Numbered from the stretch's first letter, positions 22,083 through 57,074 are shown. The stretch is 64,000 nucleotides of DNA from the human T2T-CHM13v2.0 reference genome, Homo sapiens (GCF_009914755.1 NC_060941.1), one strand, 5' to 3'. Notes: generated by a model from the letters alone, not told the origin. A program made the numbers and translations.

Positions 22083-22160
22083 CTGTTTGCAGAGTACTAG
22101 GGAAAGACAAGGTGACTTTTTCATCTTCATTCTGATAGTTAAATCCTGTAGCATGTATTT
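22083..22160 (-). CDS. NPEPPSP1: exon 3 (EIHATGFNYQNEDEKVTLSFPSTLQT)
   Basis: acceptor TCCAG|AAATAC, donor CAG|GTAAGA, 78 nt, phase 1-1. Confidence 0.93.
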
Positions 22161-22621
22161 CTGGAATGAGAAAAAAAAATACTTCACAATTCTGACTGGA
22201 CTGACAAGACGAAATCAAGACTGCAACATTTTCAAGAGCAAAATCTCTACAAAAACTAAATATTCTTAATTTGGTGAATTAAGTTCCTATTAGCAAGAGT
22301 TTCATTTCAAATGAGCCTATTCTAGGTTACATTAACTACATTAAATATGCTCCTTAAAAATAATTACAAATTCTTTAAAATTCACAAAACGTCAGTGATG
22401 TACAGGAAAGAAGGCTTTATAAATGTGATGCTTTTCTATCAGATTCCTGTGTGACGATGATATTGTGATATTGCAGTCTTACTCATGAACATTTGAGACT
22501 TGGCAACTTGCCAAGATTTCAGTGTTAAAGATACATCAAGGAAAGGTCTGTTCCCCAAAGGTAAGTAGCAATTCAAACTAAGATATAAATCATACCCACT
22601 TCTGGTAAAATTCTTTGTTGT

Positions 22622-23417
<796 letters not shown>

Positions 23418-23424
23418 GTATAAG

Positions 23425-24045
23425 GTAGGATGTAGAGAAACTGGAGCATATATTGATAGTGGGAATGTAAATGGTGCAGCCACTTTTGGAAAACAGTTTG
23501 GCAATTCCTCAAAAGGTTAAATACAGAGGTATCATGTGATACAGCAATCCCATTCCTAAGTATATGTCCAAGAGAAATGAAAACACATGTCCACATAATG
23601 TTTGTATACAAATGTTCATAGTAGCATTATTTATAATAATCCCAAAATGAAAACAACTCAAATGTCCATCAACTGATGGAATAGATAAAATGTGGTATAT
23701 CCATACAACTGAATGTTATTTGACAATAAAAAGAAATGAAATAGCTGACACATGCTACAACGTAAATAACCTTGAAAACATTATACCAAGAAACCAGCCA
23801 CATATTTGTCCATAACAGGGCAATCTATGGAGGCTGAAAGTAGATTCATAGTTGCCTAGGGCTAGGTGATAGAGGGGAAATAGGCAGGGTACTTTCTTTC
23901 TGGAGTTCAGAAAGTGTTCTAAAATTGATTGTGATGATGGCTGTACAACTCTGTAAATAGACTAAAAACCGCTGAATTGTATGCTTTAAATATTAATAGA
24001 TGACATGTATGGTATGTGAATTATACATCAATAAAGCTATTATTG
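23425..24045 (+). mobile_element. L1M (L1MB/ME-like) 3' end
   Basis: GGAAAACAGTTTGGCAATTCCTC...CAAATGTCCATCAACTGATG...GTGAATTATACATCAATAAAGC. Confidence 0.8.
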
Positions 24046-24479
24046 AGGTGGGGAGAAAGGAAAGTACTACAGAAAGACAAGGGAGGAGAGGTGGCCATGA
24101 GTACCTTTATCAGTCACAGGATGCTGTGGGTAACAATGATTCAGATTACATAACATTTTACAGGCAAGATGCCCATAATTCTTCCTTTCTTTTATGAATC
24201 ACCCAAATATAGGATTTCAAATGTTTCTGCTGTCACTATGGTTCACACATTTTTATAAAGCCAAAATCTCTACAAAACCAATTAAGAAACTGTAATTTCA
24301 GATTTTAAAAGAACTTTAATAAATCCTCTAATCAAATCTTCCTCATTTTACAGATGAAGAAAATGAGACATATAAAGTTAATGGTTTGTCACATGTTAAC
24401 TAGCTAGACTACAACTCAGTTCCCTCACTTCTATTGCCAAAATTATTTCTACAATCACAAGCTAGCTCCTAAATTTGTT

Positions 24480-26337
<1,858 letters not shown>

Positions 26338-26399
26338 TCAAATCACTTCTTTAAAGATCTGTTCTATCAACTTGAAGAACAATCCTCATTCTATACCCT

Positions 26400-26570
26400 C
26401 TTGTGATTTTACAGCACTTATCACTACTTTACATCACATATTTGCTTGTTGCCTGTCTTCTCAAATATCAGAAATGTTGATGCTTGATTTTGTTCACAGC
26501 TCTACTTCCAATGCTAGCAGTTTCTGGCACATAGTGTGTGTTCAGTAAGTATCTGTAGAATGAATGAATC
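26400..26570 (+). mobile_element. L2 3' end
   Basis: CTGGCACATAG...AGTATCTGTAGAATGAATGAAT terminus. Confidence 0.6.
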
Positions 26571-27185
26571 ACTTCAAAAGCAACAGACTAAGTAATTATG
26601 TCATGGAGATCATTAATGCTACTCATATGAAATATATTAATGAAAAATCACATTTACTAATGTTATGTGAATAGAGACATGGCTAGGGATAAAATTTCCA
26701 GTCACAACATAATATACTGATTCAAATAAGGATCTATCTCAAACCTCTTAGAAGATAATATTTGCTCTGGAACTGTTAGATTGTTTAAAGGGTAGAAACC
26801 CATAAATACTGAAGATGCATATGAGAAGTCTGAGGAGGCTTCACTGGAGAAAAAAGTATTTCTAAATTAATGTTTACATTAATACTAATATATAATTAGT
26901 ATATTTATATATTATAGTAATATATAATACTGATATGATAAATGAATAATTCATTCACTAATACAGTTTGCAATATATTCATAATTGGAAATGTATATAT
27001 ATGTAAATTAAGCATTGTACATAGACACTTCACTATATATCGTGTATCAATACAACTTAAACTTGATCGAAAACTTTTAAAAATGGAGTATGAGAGAATC
27101 TTATAAGGTATATATGATTATTCAATTCTCTAAGCCTCCGTTTCCACACCTATAAAATTAAAATCATATCATTACCTAATTCTTT

Positions 27186-28583
<1,398 letters not shown>

Positions 28584-28929
28584 TCAAAAGAGAAGTATAT
28601 ATTGGGGGAAAAATGCTCCAACTCATGATGGAAGGTTAATTTCACTCAAATATAAAGACCACGTTTTAAAAAATCAATAACAAGAATAAGAATAACACTG
28701 AAATTTAAAATGGACAAATATGAATAAATTACAGAAAAAGGAAACACAAATGGTTTTTAAAATATAATGAAGAGATTCTTTTTTTTTTTACAATTAACTA
28801 AACTTTTTTTAAAATTAACTAAAGTTGGTATTTCACTAGGACGATTTAGCAGATGAAATGGGTTTTAAGTTTAGAACACCATTTCTTCTTCCTTATTACA
28901 TTTCCCTTTTTAATGTTAGCCCTCTACAA

Positions 28930-28968
28930 ACACACACGTATATACACACACACACACACACACACACT
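28930..28968. repeat. (CA)n microsatellite, interrupted
   Basis: direct reading. Confidence 0.9.
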
Positions 28969-29065
28969 CTGCATCAAAAAAGCCTTCCTACATTAATACT
29001 TGAGCATGATAACCTTACAATGAAAGGTAAATCATTAGTTGAATCATGAAACATTTTCTTCCCCT

Positions 29066-30190
29066 TGTGGAGAAAAATCAAATTGCTTTTCCTCTGCTCT
29101 TACACCACAATCATCAACACAGTAGACTTCTGTGACCAAATGTGTGGGGATTTCTCCCCACCAACAAGAAGCAATCAGTTCTGCAGAAGATACCACCAGC
29201 TGAGCACCTTCTAATCCAATTCAATTCTCATGCTATCTACCTGGAGATAGCATTAGATCCCACAGGCTGAGAGAGGGCTCAGTCTCACAAGACTGCCCCC
29301 ACTTCAGACACTAGTTGTAAGGCCAGGCCTCATCCAGAACTTCTGGCCAACCAGCTTCAAGTCAGTGTTCCCATGACCCCCTTCTTAGGTTTGATTAATT
29401 TGCTAAAGCTGTGCCCAGAACTCAGGAAAACACGTGTACTGGTTTATTATAAAGAATAGCACAAAGAATGCAGATGAAGAGGTGCACAGAACAAGGCATG
29501 TGGGAAGGGGTGCAGAGCTCTCATACCCTCCCTGGGTGCACCACCCTCCAGGACCCTCCACGTGTTCAGCTATCTGGAAGCTCTCTGTACCCGGTCCAGG
29601 ACTTCACTGGACCGTCACGACTGAAGCATGGACAACCGGGTAGAAATATGATTGGACAAAGTAGGACCTAATGCTAACAGACTGAGTGGGGAAACCTAGC
29701 AAGGCCTCTCTGTTCAGAGTCTTCTTGGCCTCTCTGTGCAACTTCTTTCCTCCCAAGTACAGGGCAGGATGCCTTCTGAAATGGGGGTCTTATGACCTCC
29801 AATCAGACAAGGTAGGTCAGATAATTTCTTTGCTGTCAGCTCCAAGACAGAATGTTGGGGGATGATCAGAGTATATTTTTAGTTTCTATTGCCTGCTTGG
29901 GGAGAAAAAGGAGCAGGTAAAAGCAAGGCAAGAAAAGGTCAGAGAGCGATTCTGTTTTCTGAAGCCTGCTTCTGAGGTTTAAAGTGCCCCAACGTTATTA
30001 CAAAAGACCATCTTTCACTTTTATTGATCTGAAGCTGTACTGAAGCCACTTCAAAAACCAAGAATAAAAGGCCAAATATTTCAATAAAATATATGTATAT
30101 TGTTTTAGTCACTTAGGAAATAACAGGGACTATGGGTGTTCTATGACAGAAACTGTGGATGAAAACCAACATATGTATCATAATATCATA
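29066..30190 (-). mobile_element. solo LTR, MER21-family
   Basis: Minus strand begins TATGATATTATGATACATATGTTGGTTTTCATCCACAG and ends ...TCTCCACA; internal blocks match MER21 as recalled. Confidence 0.75.
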
Positions 30191-30205
30191 GCACCCTCCC
30201 CAACC

Positions 30206-30348
30206 TTTTTTTTTTTTTTTTTTTTTTTGTTTGAGACAGGGTCTCACTGCATTGCGTAGGCTTGTCTTGAACTCCTGGGCTCAAGCAATCCTTGTGCCTT
30301 GGCCTCCCAAAATGCTGGGATTGCAGGCATGAGCCACTGTGCCAGGCC
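30206..30348 (-). mobile_element. Alu monomer (FLAM-like)
   Basis: poly T plus left arm. Confidence 0.8.
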
Positions 30349-32231
30349 CCCTTTATGTCTATACATAATAAAACTTAATCACATAAAAGGAGGTATAGGG
30401 AAAATGAGAAGTACAAGATGGTATTTCAAGAGGCAACATTAAAAAAAGATTGAAATTTTTTAAAATAGCTGAAATCATTATTGCTTATACCATCTATACA
30501 AGCATCTAGTGGATTCTGCCTAGGCATTACATTGAGATACAGAAATAAAATCTTCTAAAATTTCAATATCAGAAGTGCCAAGTCAACTGTACTTCAAATT
30601 TTCCTTTACAAATTATCTATTTGAAACTCAGAATGTATTTTCCTCCAAGCCACTGCTATACTTAAACAAGTAATCTAAACCACATAATTCTATATAGCCC
30701 ACATATACCAGTGTAGCTCAGTACTAGATCAAACACATTGTGAGGTTTTATTTTGTTTTTTTATTCAGATAGCAACTTCCCTATCATATTGTTTATGTGG
30801 TTTTAGAAAGCAGTTCAGGTGCAAAAAAATAAAGTTCACAGTTCAAAGAAGGCCTACAGTGACTACCTGCTACTTGGAACATACTTTGTTTCTCCACAAA
30901 GCTGAAAATAATGTTGCAATGGGAAAGAAAACACATCATTCTGGAGGATATCCAAGGGGGATTCAAGTGAAAAATGGAACCAAGAACTTACTTTGCAAAG
31001 CTTCAAGGTGACCTCCTTCTCACCGTAGGGCATAAAAGCCAATCAGATATATGCATAGTTACAGTTCAAGCAGTACCTATACTGACAGGTCCCATATTTC
31101 CAAATGGATTTCACATTTATATAACATAGTGATGGTTCTATCCTATTAGGCTATCTAAAAAGTCTAAAAAGAATGAGCATGTGCCAAATATAAATCTGGT
31201 TCAACAGAATCAAAAAATTCCTTCTAGGGTGCCCCTGCTCTTAATAAATGACTGTGAACTATTTCATTAAAATCACTCAGGATTCTGGACCAGGATTTCC
31301 ATTGATTATGTGGTCTTACACGGTTACTTAATTTGTCTAGGTCTCAGTTTATCTTTTTTTTTTTTAAAGGATTTTATATTTGGGTAATAGAGGAGTATAT
31401 AATTCAAACTAATTATCTCTCTCCTACTTGACACCCACAAAACTAAAAAAGCTGGAAGGAAGGGAAAACTTCTCCTTAAAAGAATCATAGAACAAGATAA
31501 GGTGATCAAGATGAAGAAGAGGATGAAATTCCATAAAGAGGAAGCTTTGCATTCTAGGCCACTTTTGCTCTGGGGTCATTTGCTGATCTAGCAGAGATGT
31601 AGCAGATTTGGAAGCTGAGGCTATAGGCCCCAGGGACAAAAGTGGAAATCCAGGGCCCATCAACACTGGGGGCTTTGTGGCTGGGTGGGCACTGTGTCTG
31701 TAATCCCAGCATTTTGGGAGGCGAGGTGGAAGGACTGCTTAAGCCCAGGAGTTTAAGTAACATAGTCTATCTAGGTAGCACAGTGAGACTCTATCTCTAT
31801 TAGAAGAGACAAGACAAGACAAGACAAGAAGCTTGAGTAAATGACCCCCTCCTTTGGGCTTGAAACCAAAAAAGTGATATCCTACCAGGAAAGATGAACA
31901 AGAAGAAAAGCAGTCCACAAGTGGAATGTGATTAAACTTCTGAACATCTGAAGCCCAGACACTGGAAAAAGATGAACCTTAAGTATTAGTAACCAACGGG
32001 GAACAAAACAAAGCTCCCCTAGATACTAGCAAACTATTCATATACCTGCTTACTATGTTCAAAAATATAAAATCCCAATCCTGAAAAATTTGGCAAGTAA
32101 CGCGAAGTTACTTTAAAAAAACAAACAAACAAACAAAACCCCCAAAAAAACCCAAAACCAAGCAAAACAAAGAAAACAAGCAAATCTGGAAAAATTAATT
32201 CTAGAACAAAAATATGTAATAAGAAAAAACA

Positions 32232-33692
<1,461 letters not shown>

Positions 33693-34188
33693 TTATAAAG
33701 GGGCATGAGGAAATGTTCTAGGGTGATGAATATGCTCATTACCTGGTTACATTCATGAGAAAACTTATCAAATTACATATTTTAAGATGTACCCTTTATA
33801 GTATGTCAACATTACAGGTACTCTCACAAAGCTATCAACAAAAATAGGAAAGCAGCAGCAGCAAGCAACAACAGCCATAACTACTGCCTGGAGAATTTCC
33901 CCCAAAACAAACAAACCAAAAAAAGTGTGGGCTGCAGCTAAAAGCAGTACATTTTTAGGATTAAAATTTATATTTAAATGAATATAATAGAAAGAAGGAC
34001 TGAAAAGTAATAAGCCAAACATCCATCTCAAGACTTCTGTTTGTTTTTTGTTTTTTTTTAAGGGCAGTCAAGTGAAGCAGTGGGAGTGAAGGAGGAATAA
34101 AGAAATCTGTAACTGGCTATGATTGATGAGTTATAAACACCACTGCACTGGGACCAGCCTAAAGAAGTTTTTTTAAATCTGCAAAGTA

Positions 34189-35539
<1,351 letters not shown>

Positions 35540-35818
35540 GAACAGCATACACTACAATGTTACTAACATTATGCAATCAGTGTTTTCTCTACATTTAATG
35601 CAAAAACTACATAATTTACAGCAGTTTTTTATGCTCTCCATTTTCTTAATATTTAAAATACTGTAAAGAATCTTTACAATTAGTAAGTATCTTGATGGTA
35701 GTCCTCAAAGGGAAGTAAAATACAAGTTAAAGCTGGTAACAAAATAATCTCAAATACGAAATAATTTTGTTACCCATAAAGTTACTAGGATAGAGCACAT
35801 GAAGAAATGCAGACCTGA

Positions 35819-37367
<1,549 letters not shown>

Positions 37368-37469
37368 TATGACAGACTTACTCCATTTATCTAGATTTTC
37401 TTCGTTTCATTCAATGTATATTTATTAAATCCCTACTATATGTCAGATACCAGGGAAAACCACAAATGA

Positions 37470-37877
<408 letters not shown>

Positions 37878-37889
37878 TAATGACAAGCA

Positions 37890-38060
37890 ATAGAGTGGCA
37901 AGTACATGGACCCTAGATCCAAACCGCCTGGGTTTGAATCCTGGCTCTAACATTTATCAGTTTTATTACCTAAAGTAGATACCCTCTCTGTGCCTACGGT
38001 TGTTCTCTATATGAACAGGTAATGCACTTAGTGCCTGGTATAGAGTAAACACTAAACTCA
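37890..38060 (+). mobile_element. MIR
   Basis: CCTGGGTTTGAATCCTGGCTCT...CTCTCTGTGCCT...AGTGCCTGGTATAGAGTAA. Confidence 0.65.
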
Positions 38061-38546
38061 TCATTATTTTTATAATTATCACTATTAAACATTATATTAT
38101 GAAAAATGTTTCACTTGGTTAGACACCTAACCTGAACTGGAGGTTAAAAAGAAGATAAAACGTTCCCTCTATAGTCAGCAATAAGCCAACTAAATTCCTA
38201 AAACAGCAGTCACTAAAGCAATCCATATCACCTTAAGGCTATTTAAATAACGTTTTAAAACTTACCAAGTATAACTAAGACAAAATTTAAAACTATTCTA
38301 CGCTCATATACTTTGTATATAGCCATATGGAAACCTACACAGGTTCTTTATCAGACAGCCCCTCAATATTATTCAAAACCAACAAATGTAAAAATGAAAG
38401 AATGCAAATACACTGCAAACTTCATGTTCTTTATCTCTGATTTGCACTAAAAAGGAATAAAGGGGCTGGCTAACTATCACTTGCTCCTTCTAATGCTGAC
38501 ATTTATTTGGCTCCAGTTTGAACTAATGATACTTAAGGGTTGTTTA

Positions 38547-41060
<2,514 letters not shown>

Positions 41061-41084
41061 CTATCCCTGTTCCCAATCCAAACT

Positions 41085-42296
<1,212 letters not shown>

Positions 42297-42736
42297 TCAC
42301 CTGAATTCTATCCCGACATTTTTAGTACAGGAAGATAAAAAACAAACTTGAGCTGAAACCATGCCAGCTGGAAGGTACACATTTATATTACTAGATCTAC
42401 CTATCTACATACCACTTTAAAACCACACATCGAATTTAAACATTCTCTACCTGCAACAAAGAAAGCCTTGTTGCTTTGATATACCTGGCTAAAGTACTTC
42501 TATTTTTCTCCACAGTTAAAGAAATTAAATAATCACTCTTTCATTTACCAGACAATTTTTTAAAAGTGGCACTCATTCAAGTCCATTTGAAGAATCTGTT
42601 CTTCCAGCAGTTTGATCTAATTTACAATCAATTGAACTTAAGTACTTCTTCGGAACAGTATGTTCAACTGCTACTACTTTGACTTCCTATAGACAAAATA
42701 GTTTAAGAAAAAATCATAAATGTTATGAGGCCTTAA

Positions 42737-43134
<398 letters not shown>

Positions 43135-43219
43135 TTAAATTATTTTTTATTAAAGAAGTCTCAGAGTAACCAATAACCATTTTGACAAGGAATGTCTAGG
43201 TGAAATCAAAAGTAAAAAG

Positions 43220-43530
43220 GCAACCAGGTGTGGTGGCTCTTGCCTGTAATCCCAGCAACCTGCGAGGCCGAAGAGGTCGGATCCCTTGAGCCCAGGAGTT
43301 CAAGACCAGCCTGGGCAATATAGGAAGACCCCCCCCATATCTATAAAAAAATACAAATACGAATATTAGCCAGGCATGGTGGTACACGCCTGTAATATCA
43401 GCTACTTGGGAGGGTGAGGTGGGAGGATGGCTTGAGACCAGGAGACAGAGGTTGTGGTAGTTGAGATCATGCCACTGCCCCCCAGCCTGGGTGACAGAGC
43501 GAGACTCTCTCAAAAAAAAAAAAGTAAAAA
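43220..43530 (+). mobile_element. AluJ-like
   Basis: TSD AAAAGTAAAA. Confidence 0.85.
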
Positions 43531-43673
43531 GCAATCCAGCTCCAATACTGATGTACTTGTAAGAGTTTATGCCAAACTTGGTATCTATTTAAAAATCAGC
43601 TCATACGGGAATAAGATTTCCAGTCAAAACGGACTACTTTCATACTAAAATTATAAGGTCTAAAACAGTTCTC

Positions 43674-44002
<329 letters not shown>

Positions 44003-44372
44003 TCATTTTATAGACACTAATCGAGTTCCACATTCTATACCATGTTTCTTTTTAGCATGTTCTTCCCCTGTAACTAACTCCATTATTTAGCTTCTAATCT
44101 TCATATTGTCTCATAAAGCAAATGTTTTTCTCTGAATTAGGAGTATGACTTATCTCAATTTTAAACTATAGTACAAAAAGAAAAAAAAACTTTAAGAAAA
44201 ACATAAAAACGAAGCCTCTTTGAGGAGCCTTTCATGTTCAAAGTACTTAATTTTTCAAATAACTCATCAGCTTTATTATGCGTATTATATTCATTTTATA
44301 CTTATGAAAATATGATTTCCCTAGTACCACAAAATAAGTTAATCTTGGAAGTGGAATTTTAATTGTGACATT

Positions 44373-45100
<728 letters not shown>

Positions 45101-45108
45101 TGAAAATG

Positions 45109-45148
<40 letters not shown>
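45109..45148. repeat. (TC)n(AC)n microsatellite just 3' of the exon 2 donor
   Basis: direct reading. Confidence 0.9.
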
Positions 45149-45200
45149 CCCCCACATATGCACATGCAGACAGCAAATTAAAATGGAAAACAGCTCTTAC

Positions 45201-45285
45201 CTTCATCTCCTTCTGGTGCATATGAAGCTGTAATAATATCAATATCAGCACAATTCATCACAATCTGATTAGTCGCCTGCCTCAC
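45201..45285 (-). CDS. NPEPPSP1: exon 2 (VRQATNQIVMNCADIDIITASYAPEGDE)
   Basis: acceptor CTTAG|GTGAGG, donor AAG|GTAAGA, 85 nt. Confidence 0.93.
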
Positions 45286-45326
45286 CTAAGGGGAAAAGGA
45301 AAATCAACAGTGTCAGAAATAGCCTA

Positions 45327-47842
<2,516 letters not shown>

Positions 47843-47919
47843 TTTTTGTACTGATAGTCCATTGGTTTAATCAGAATTTCCCTGATTACTAATAACATTG
47901 GTTACTATGCATCTTTTCT

Positions 47920-47945
47920 CGTGTGTGTGTGTGTGTGTGTGTGTG
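47920..47945. repeat. (GT)n microsatellite
   Basis: direct reading. Confidence 0.9.
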
Positions 47946-47999
47946 CACGCGCCATTAAGTTTTTCCACTGTGAACTGCTTGTTTAACACTCTTGTGCAT

Positions 48000-49752
<1,753 letters not shown>

Positions 49753-52298
49753 TCAGAAACACAAAGAAATGAAGCACTTACTGGGGTATGCTCCAATGGG
49801 TAAAATGAATAAAAACCTTTCTGAGTTTGAAGTTTATGCCAGCAAAATAATAACTGTGGTTTAGTTACTGGTCTTAATCATTACCTAGGCAACCACACTT
49901 TCATCCATCAACATCTACAGTGAATTTCACAGTAGCCAAGCAGTTAATCCACCAATGTCAAGATACCTGTACAACATTATACATGCCAAATCACACAGCA
50001 CATTACTACTGCAACCATTTGAGAGAAAGTATTTGTGCATTTTGGAAAGGCACCATGCACAACATCCAATTTCAAGTACCTTCCAACTCCTCCTGTGTTT
50101 AGGGGAAACTCATCTATTTATACTAATGAATTAAGCTGTTTCTTGAATTGCTACTAATTTCTTTTTTCCAGGATACTACCATTTCTGGAAGGGTGGGAGG
50201 GAGGAACCAAAGGAACAAAGGTACTTATCTTAAAAATAGAAATCCATTCACATTTTAAAAATTGGTCAGCATCTTGTCTTATATTAGAGATGCACTTATT
50301 TAAAAAGTTGACCAATAATGGGATAATCTATGTAAAGTCTCTGTTTTAGCACTTAGTGCCTCATATGTAGTCATCACTTAATAGATGTTAAGACATACAT
50401 ATACACACACACAGGTTAAATTGTGCTCTCATATCATCTAACAGCATTCACCTAACAGTTTATAAAGCTTCTGATCAGAATGATATGAAGTTTAAAAACT
50501 ATGTATTGTATTATATGGCACTTTGGATATCAGCATATGTGTACTACCCCAAGAAGGTAATTTAAAATATCTGTCTGGACATAAGTGTATGTGCTGACTA
50601 CAACGCAGTATAACACTGCTCTTTGTGATGCTGCTCTTCCAAACAGTAGTGCTGACCTGATGGTGTAGTACATGATTTCTCACCTTTGACACCTTCATAT
50701 TAGTAAATATTAGCTGTGTGTTCCACTATCAAAAAAACAGGTAATAATTCAAAGAAATTTCAGCATTAAAATCTTCAGTTTCCCAGTTTAAAACACAAGT
50801 GAAACAAGGTTGGCATATAAAAGTGCACTGATAACAAGCTCATTTTCAATTTTTCTACTTGATGTTATTAAAGGATAGAATGTTAGTGTATCCTTGCTTT
50901 GTTTCAAACCCAGGATTAAGTCTTCTTGGCCTCCTATATAGACTGCACTTCAACTGAGCCAAATACTAAGTAAGGGCTGTACCAAAGAGGCAGCTTGACG
51001 CCTGGTAACAACTTTACAATGGAAGTTTCCTATGAGCTAGGGAGGCAGAAATCGGAGATAACATTTTCCTGAATGAGTCTTTACTATAGTCACTCAGGAA
51101 CATATCTTACATGTACGATAGTAAGACTCAAGAGGGTTTTTTTCTGATTGTCAATGTCCTGAGACTTCAGTAAAAGAAAATCTCCAGTGTGACAATTCCA
51201 AATGCCAGTCTGAAGCCTGAGTCAATTTGCCTAATAAAACTGATTTCACCATTAAAATAGCAATAATTGTTGCCTTGGTGGAACAGTTCTATAATAGCTA
51301 AAGACAAGAAGAAGCAGATAATTAGTAAACTCAAGTTGAGCCAAGTTTTCTAACAAGAAACACTGAAAAGAGCCATTTGCAGAAGGTCAAAAATAATTAC
51401 CATTAATGTAAAAATGCAAAAGGCACAGAATATTGGTATGTGATGTTTGTGGCTACTAATATGCAATTAAAGTTTTAAACTATACGTAGGAATAAAAAGG
51501 AATAATACGCACCTACCTGAAGAAAGAAGTTACTTCTAGAGGCAGGGTGGGACGAGATGGAAACGGGCTTTAGTGGTATCTGTGACATTTTATTCCCCCC
51601 CAAAAAAAGCATGCACAGTCTGATGAAAATGGGGCAAAATGTTAACATCTGTTTAATCTCATAGTGTGTGACTTTCTTGTATTTCTAAAATACTTCCTAA
51701 TTTAAAATAAAATTTTAAAGAGATTACAAGTGACCAAATAAACCAAGAACCACATACTTGTATGGTGTTCAAAACAAAATCACTAAAATCTAGAGAACTA
51801 ATCTCAGTTAACAACAAAAGCCATCCGAAGGCTCAGTTATTTCCCACTGACTCACATACAGATTAGAGTAAGATTTACTTCACAACAAGAGCAGGCTCAT
51901 TTATGTGGCAAAGTTCGGAGAAGCTTCACAGATAATTTACTACTCAAGACCACATTTACCCAGGTTGTATCAGAGTATCAGTTGTATCTAGAACCAGGAA
52001 GCTAAAAAGAAAGAAAAAAAAAAAAGGCCTGGATGAAAAGCCAAAATAGGTGATACAAAGTCCGTACAATAAAACACATACCCTTTACTCAGAAGAGAAT
52101 CCAACAAACTCTCACACAGCAATTGATTTTTTAGCCCAAACAAGCTTGTTTATCTGGCTACTAAGGCTTCTTCAGATGAAGTTCAGTAAAATACAAGAGG
52201 GAAGAAATTGCACAACAGGCAGCAACAAGGCACAATAAGCAGCAAGAAGAATCTGAGAGTAAGGAAAACAAAACAATTTTAAAGAACAGACACAGGCT

Positions 52299-53287
<989 letters not shown>

Positions 53288-53401
53288 TCAGAATAAAGTT
53301 CAGTATTTAAAAAAAACAATGAAACAAACCTACACTATGAGGAATTGCAAAGCATAAAAAGATAATGTATTTTAGAAATATTTCCATTCAGATTAGTCAA
53401 C

Positions 53402-56250
<2,849 letters not shown>

Positions 56251-56420
56251 TCCACTAAGTTTCTAATATGTAACCTGTACAAATACTCTGGGCTTATCGT
56301 AAAATTTTGTAACTAAAGCAACTAAGCAACTTGCATATTTTGTGTTATGTGATTCCAACTGTTAGGAAACTGATCCAATATCAGTCATAAATATAGGTTT
56401 CTACAGATAAGAATTTTGTC

Positions 56421-57062
56421 CCCCTGCCCGGCCAGCCGCCCCGTCCGGGAGGTGAGGGGCGCCTCTGCCCGGCCACCCCTACTGGGAAGTGAGGAGCCCC
56501 TCTGCCCGGCCACCACCCCGTCTGGGAGGTGTGCCCAACAGCTCATTGAGAACGGGCCAGGATGACAATGGCGGCTTTGTGGAATAGAAAGGCGGGAAAG
56601 GTGGGGAAAAGATTGAGAAATCGGATGGTTGCTGTGTCTGTGTAGAAAGTAGAAGACATGGGAGACTTTTCATTTTGTTCTGCACTAAGAAAAATTCCTC
56701 TGCCTTGGGATCCTGTTGATCTGTGACCTTACCCCCAACCCTGTGCTCTCTGAAACATGTGCTGTGTCCACTCAGGGTTAAATGGATTAAGGGCGGTGCA
56801 AGATGTGCTTTGTTAAACAGATGCTTGAAGGCAGCATGCTCGTTAAGAGTCATCACCAATCCCTAATCTCAAGTAATCAGGGACACAAACACTGCGGAAG
56901 GCCGCAGGGTCCTCTGCCTAGGAAAACCAGAGACCTTTGTTCACTTGTTTATCTGCTGACCTTCCCTCCACTATTGTCCCATGACCCTGCCAAATCCCCC
57001 TCTGTGAGAAACACCCAAGAATTATCAGTAAAAAAATAAATTTAAAAAAAAAAAAAAAAAAA
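56421..57062 (+). mobile_element. 5'-truncated SVA (VNTR end + SINE-R + poly A), young E/F-like, antisense to the gene
   Basis: VNTR units CCCCTCTGCCCGGCC..., SINE-R body, AATAAA at 57035-57040, A tail, TSD AAGAATTTTGTC (56409-56420 / 57063-57074). Subfamily call is from recalled diagnostics. Confidence 0.93.
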
Positions 57063-57074
57063 AAGAATTTTGTC

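Noticed and set aside
26880-26930. AT-rich short palindromes (TACTAAT...ATTAGTA)
   Set aside because: 7-bp stem in low-complexity AT sequence; expected by chance.
56479-57039. 126-aa and 78-aa ORFs
   Set aside because: Lie wholly within the SVA SINE-R/VNTR; common spurious translations.
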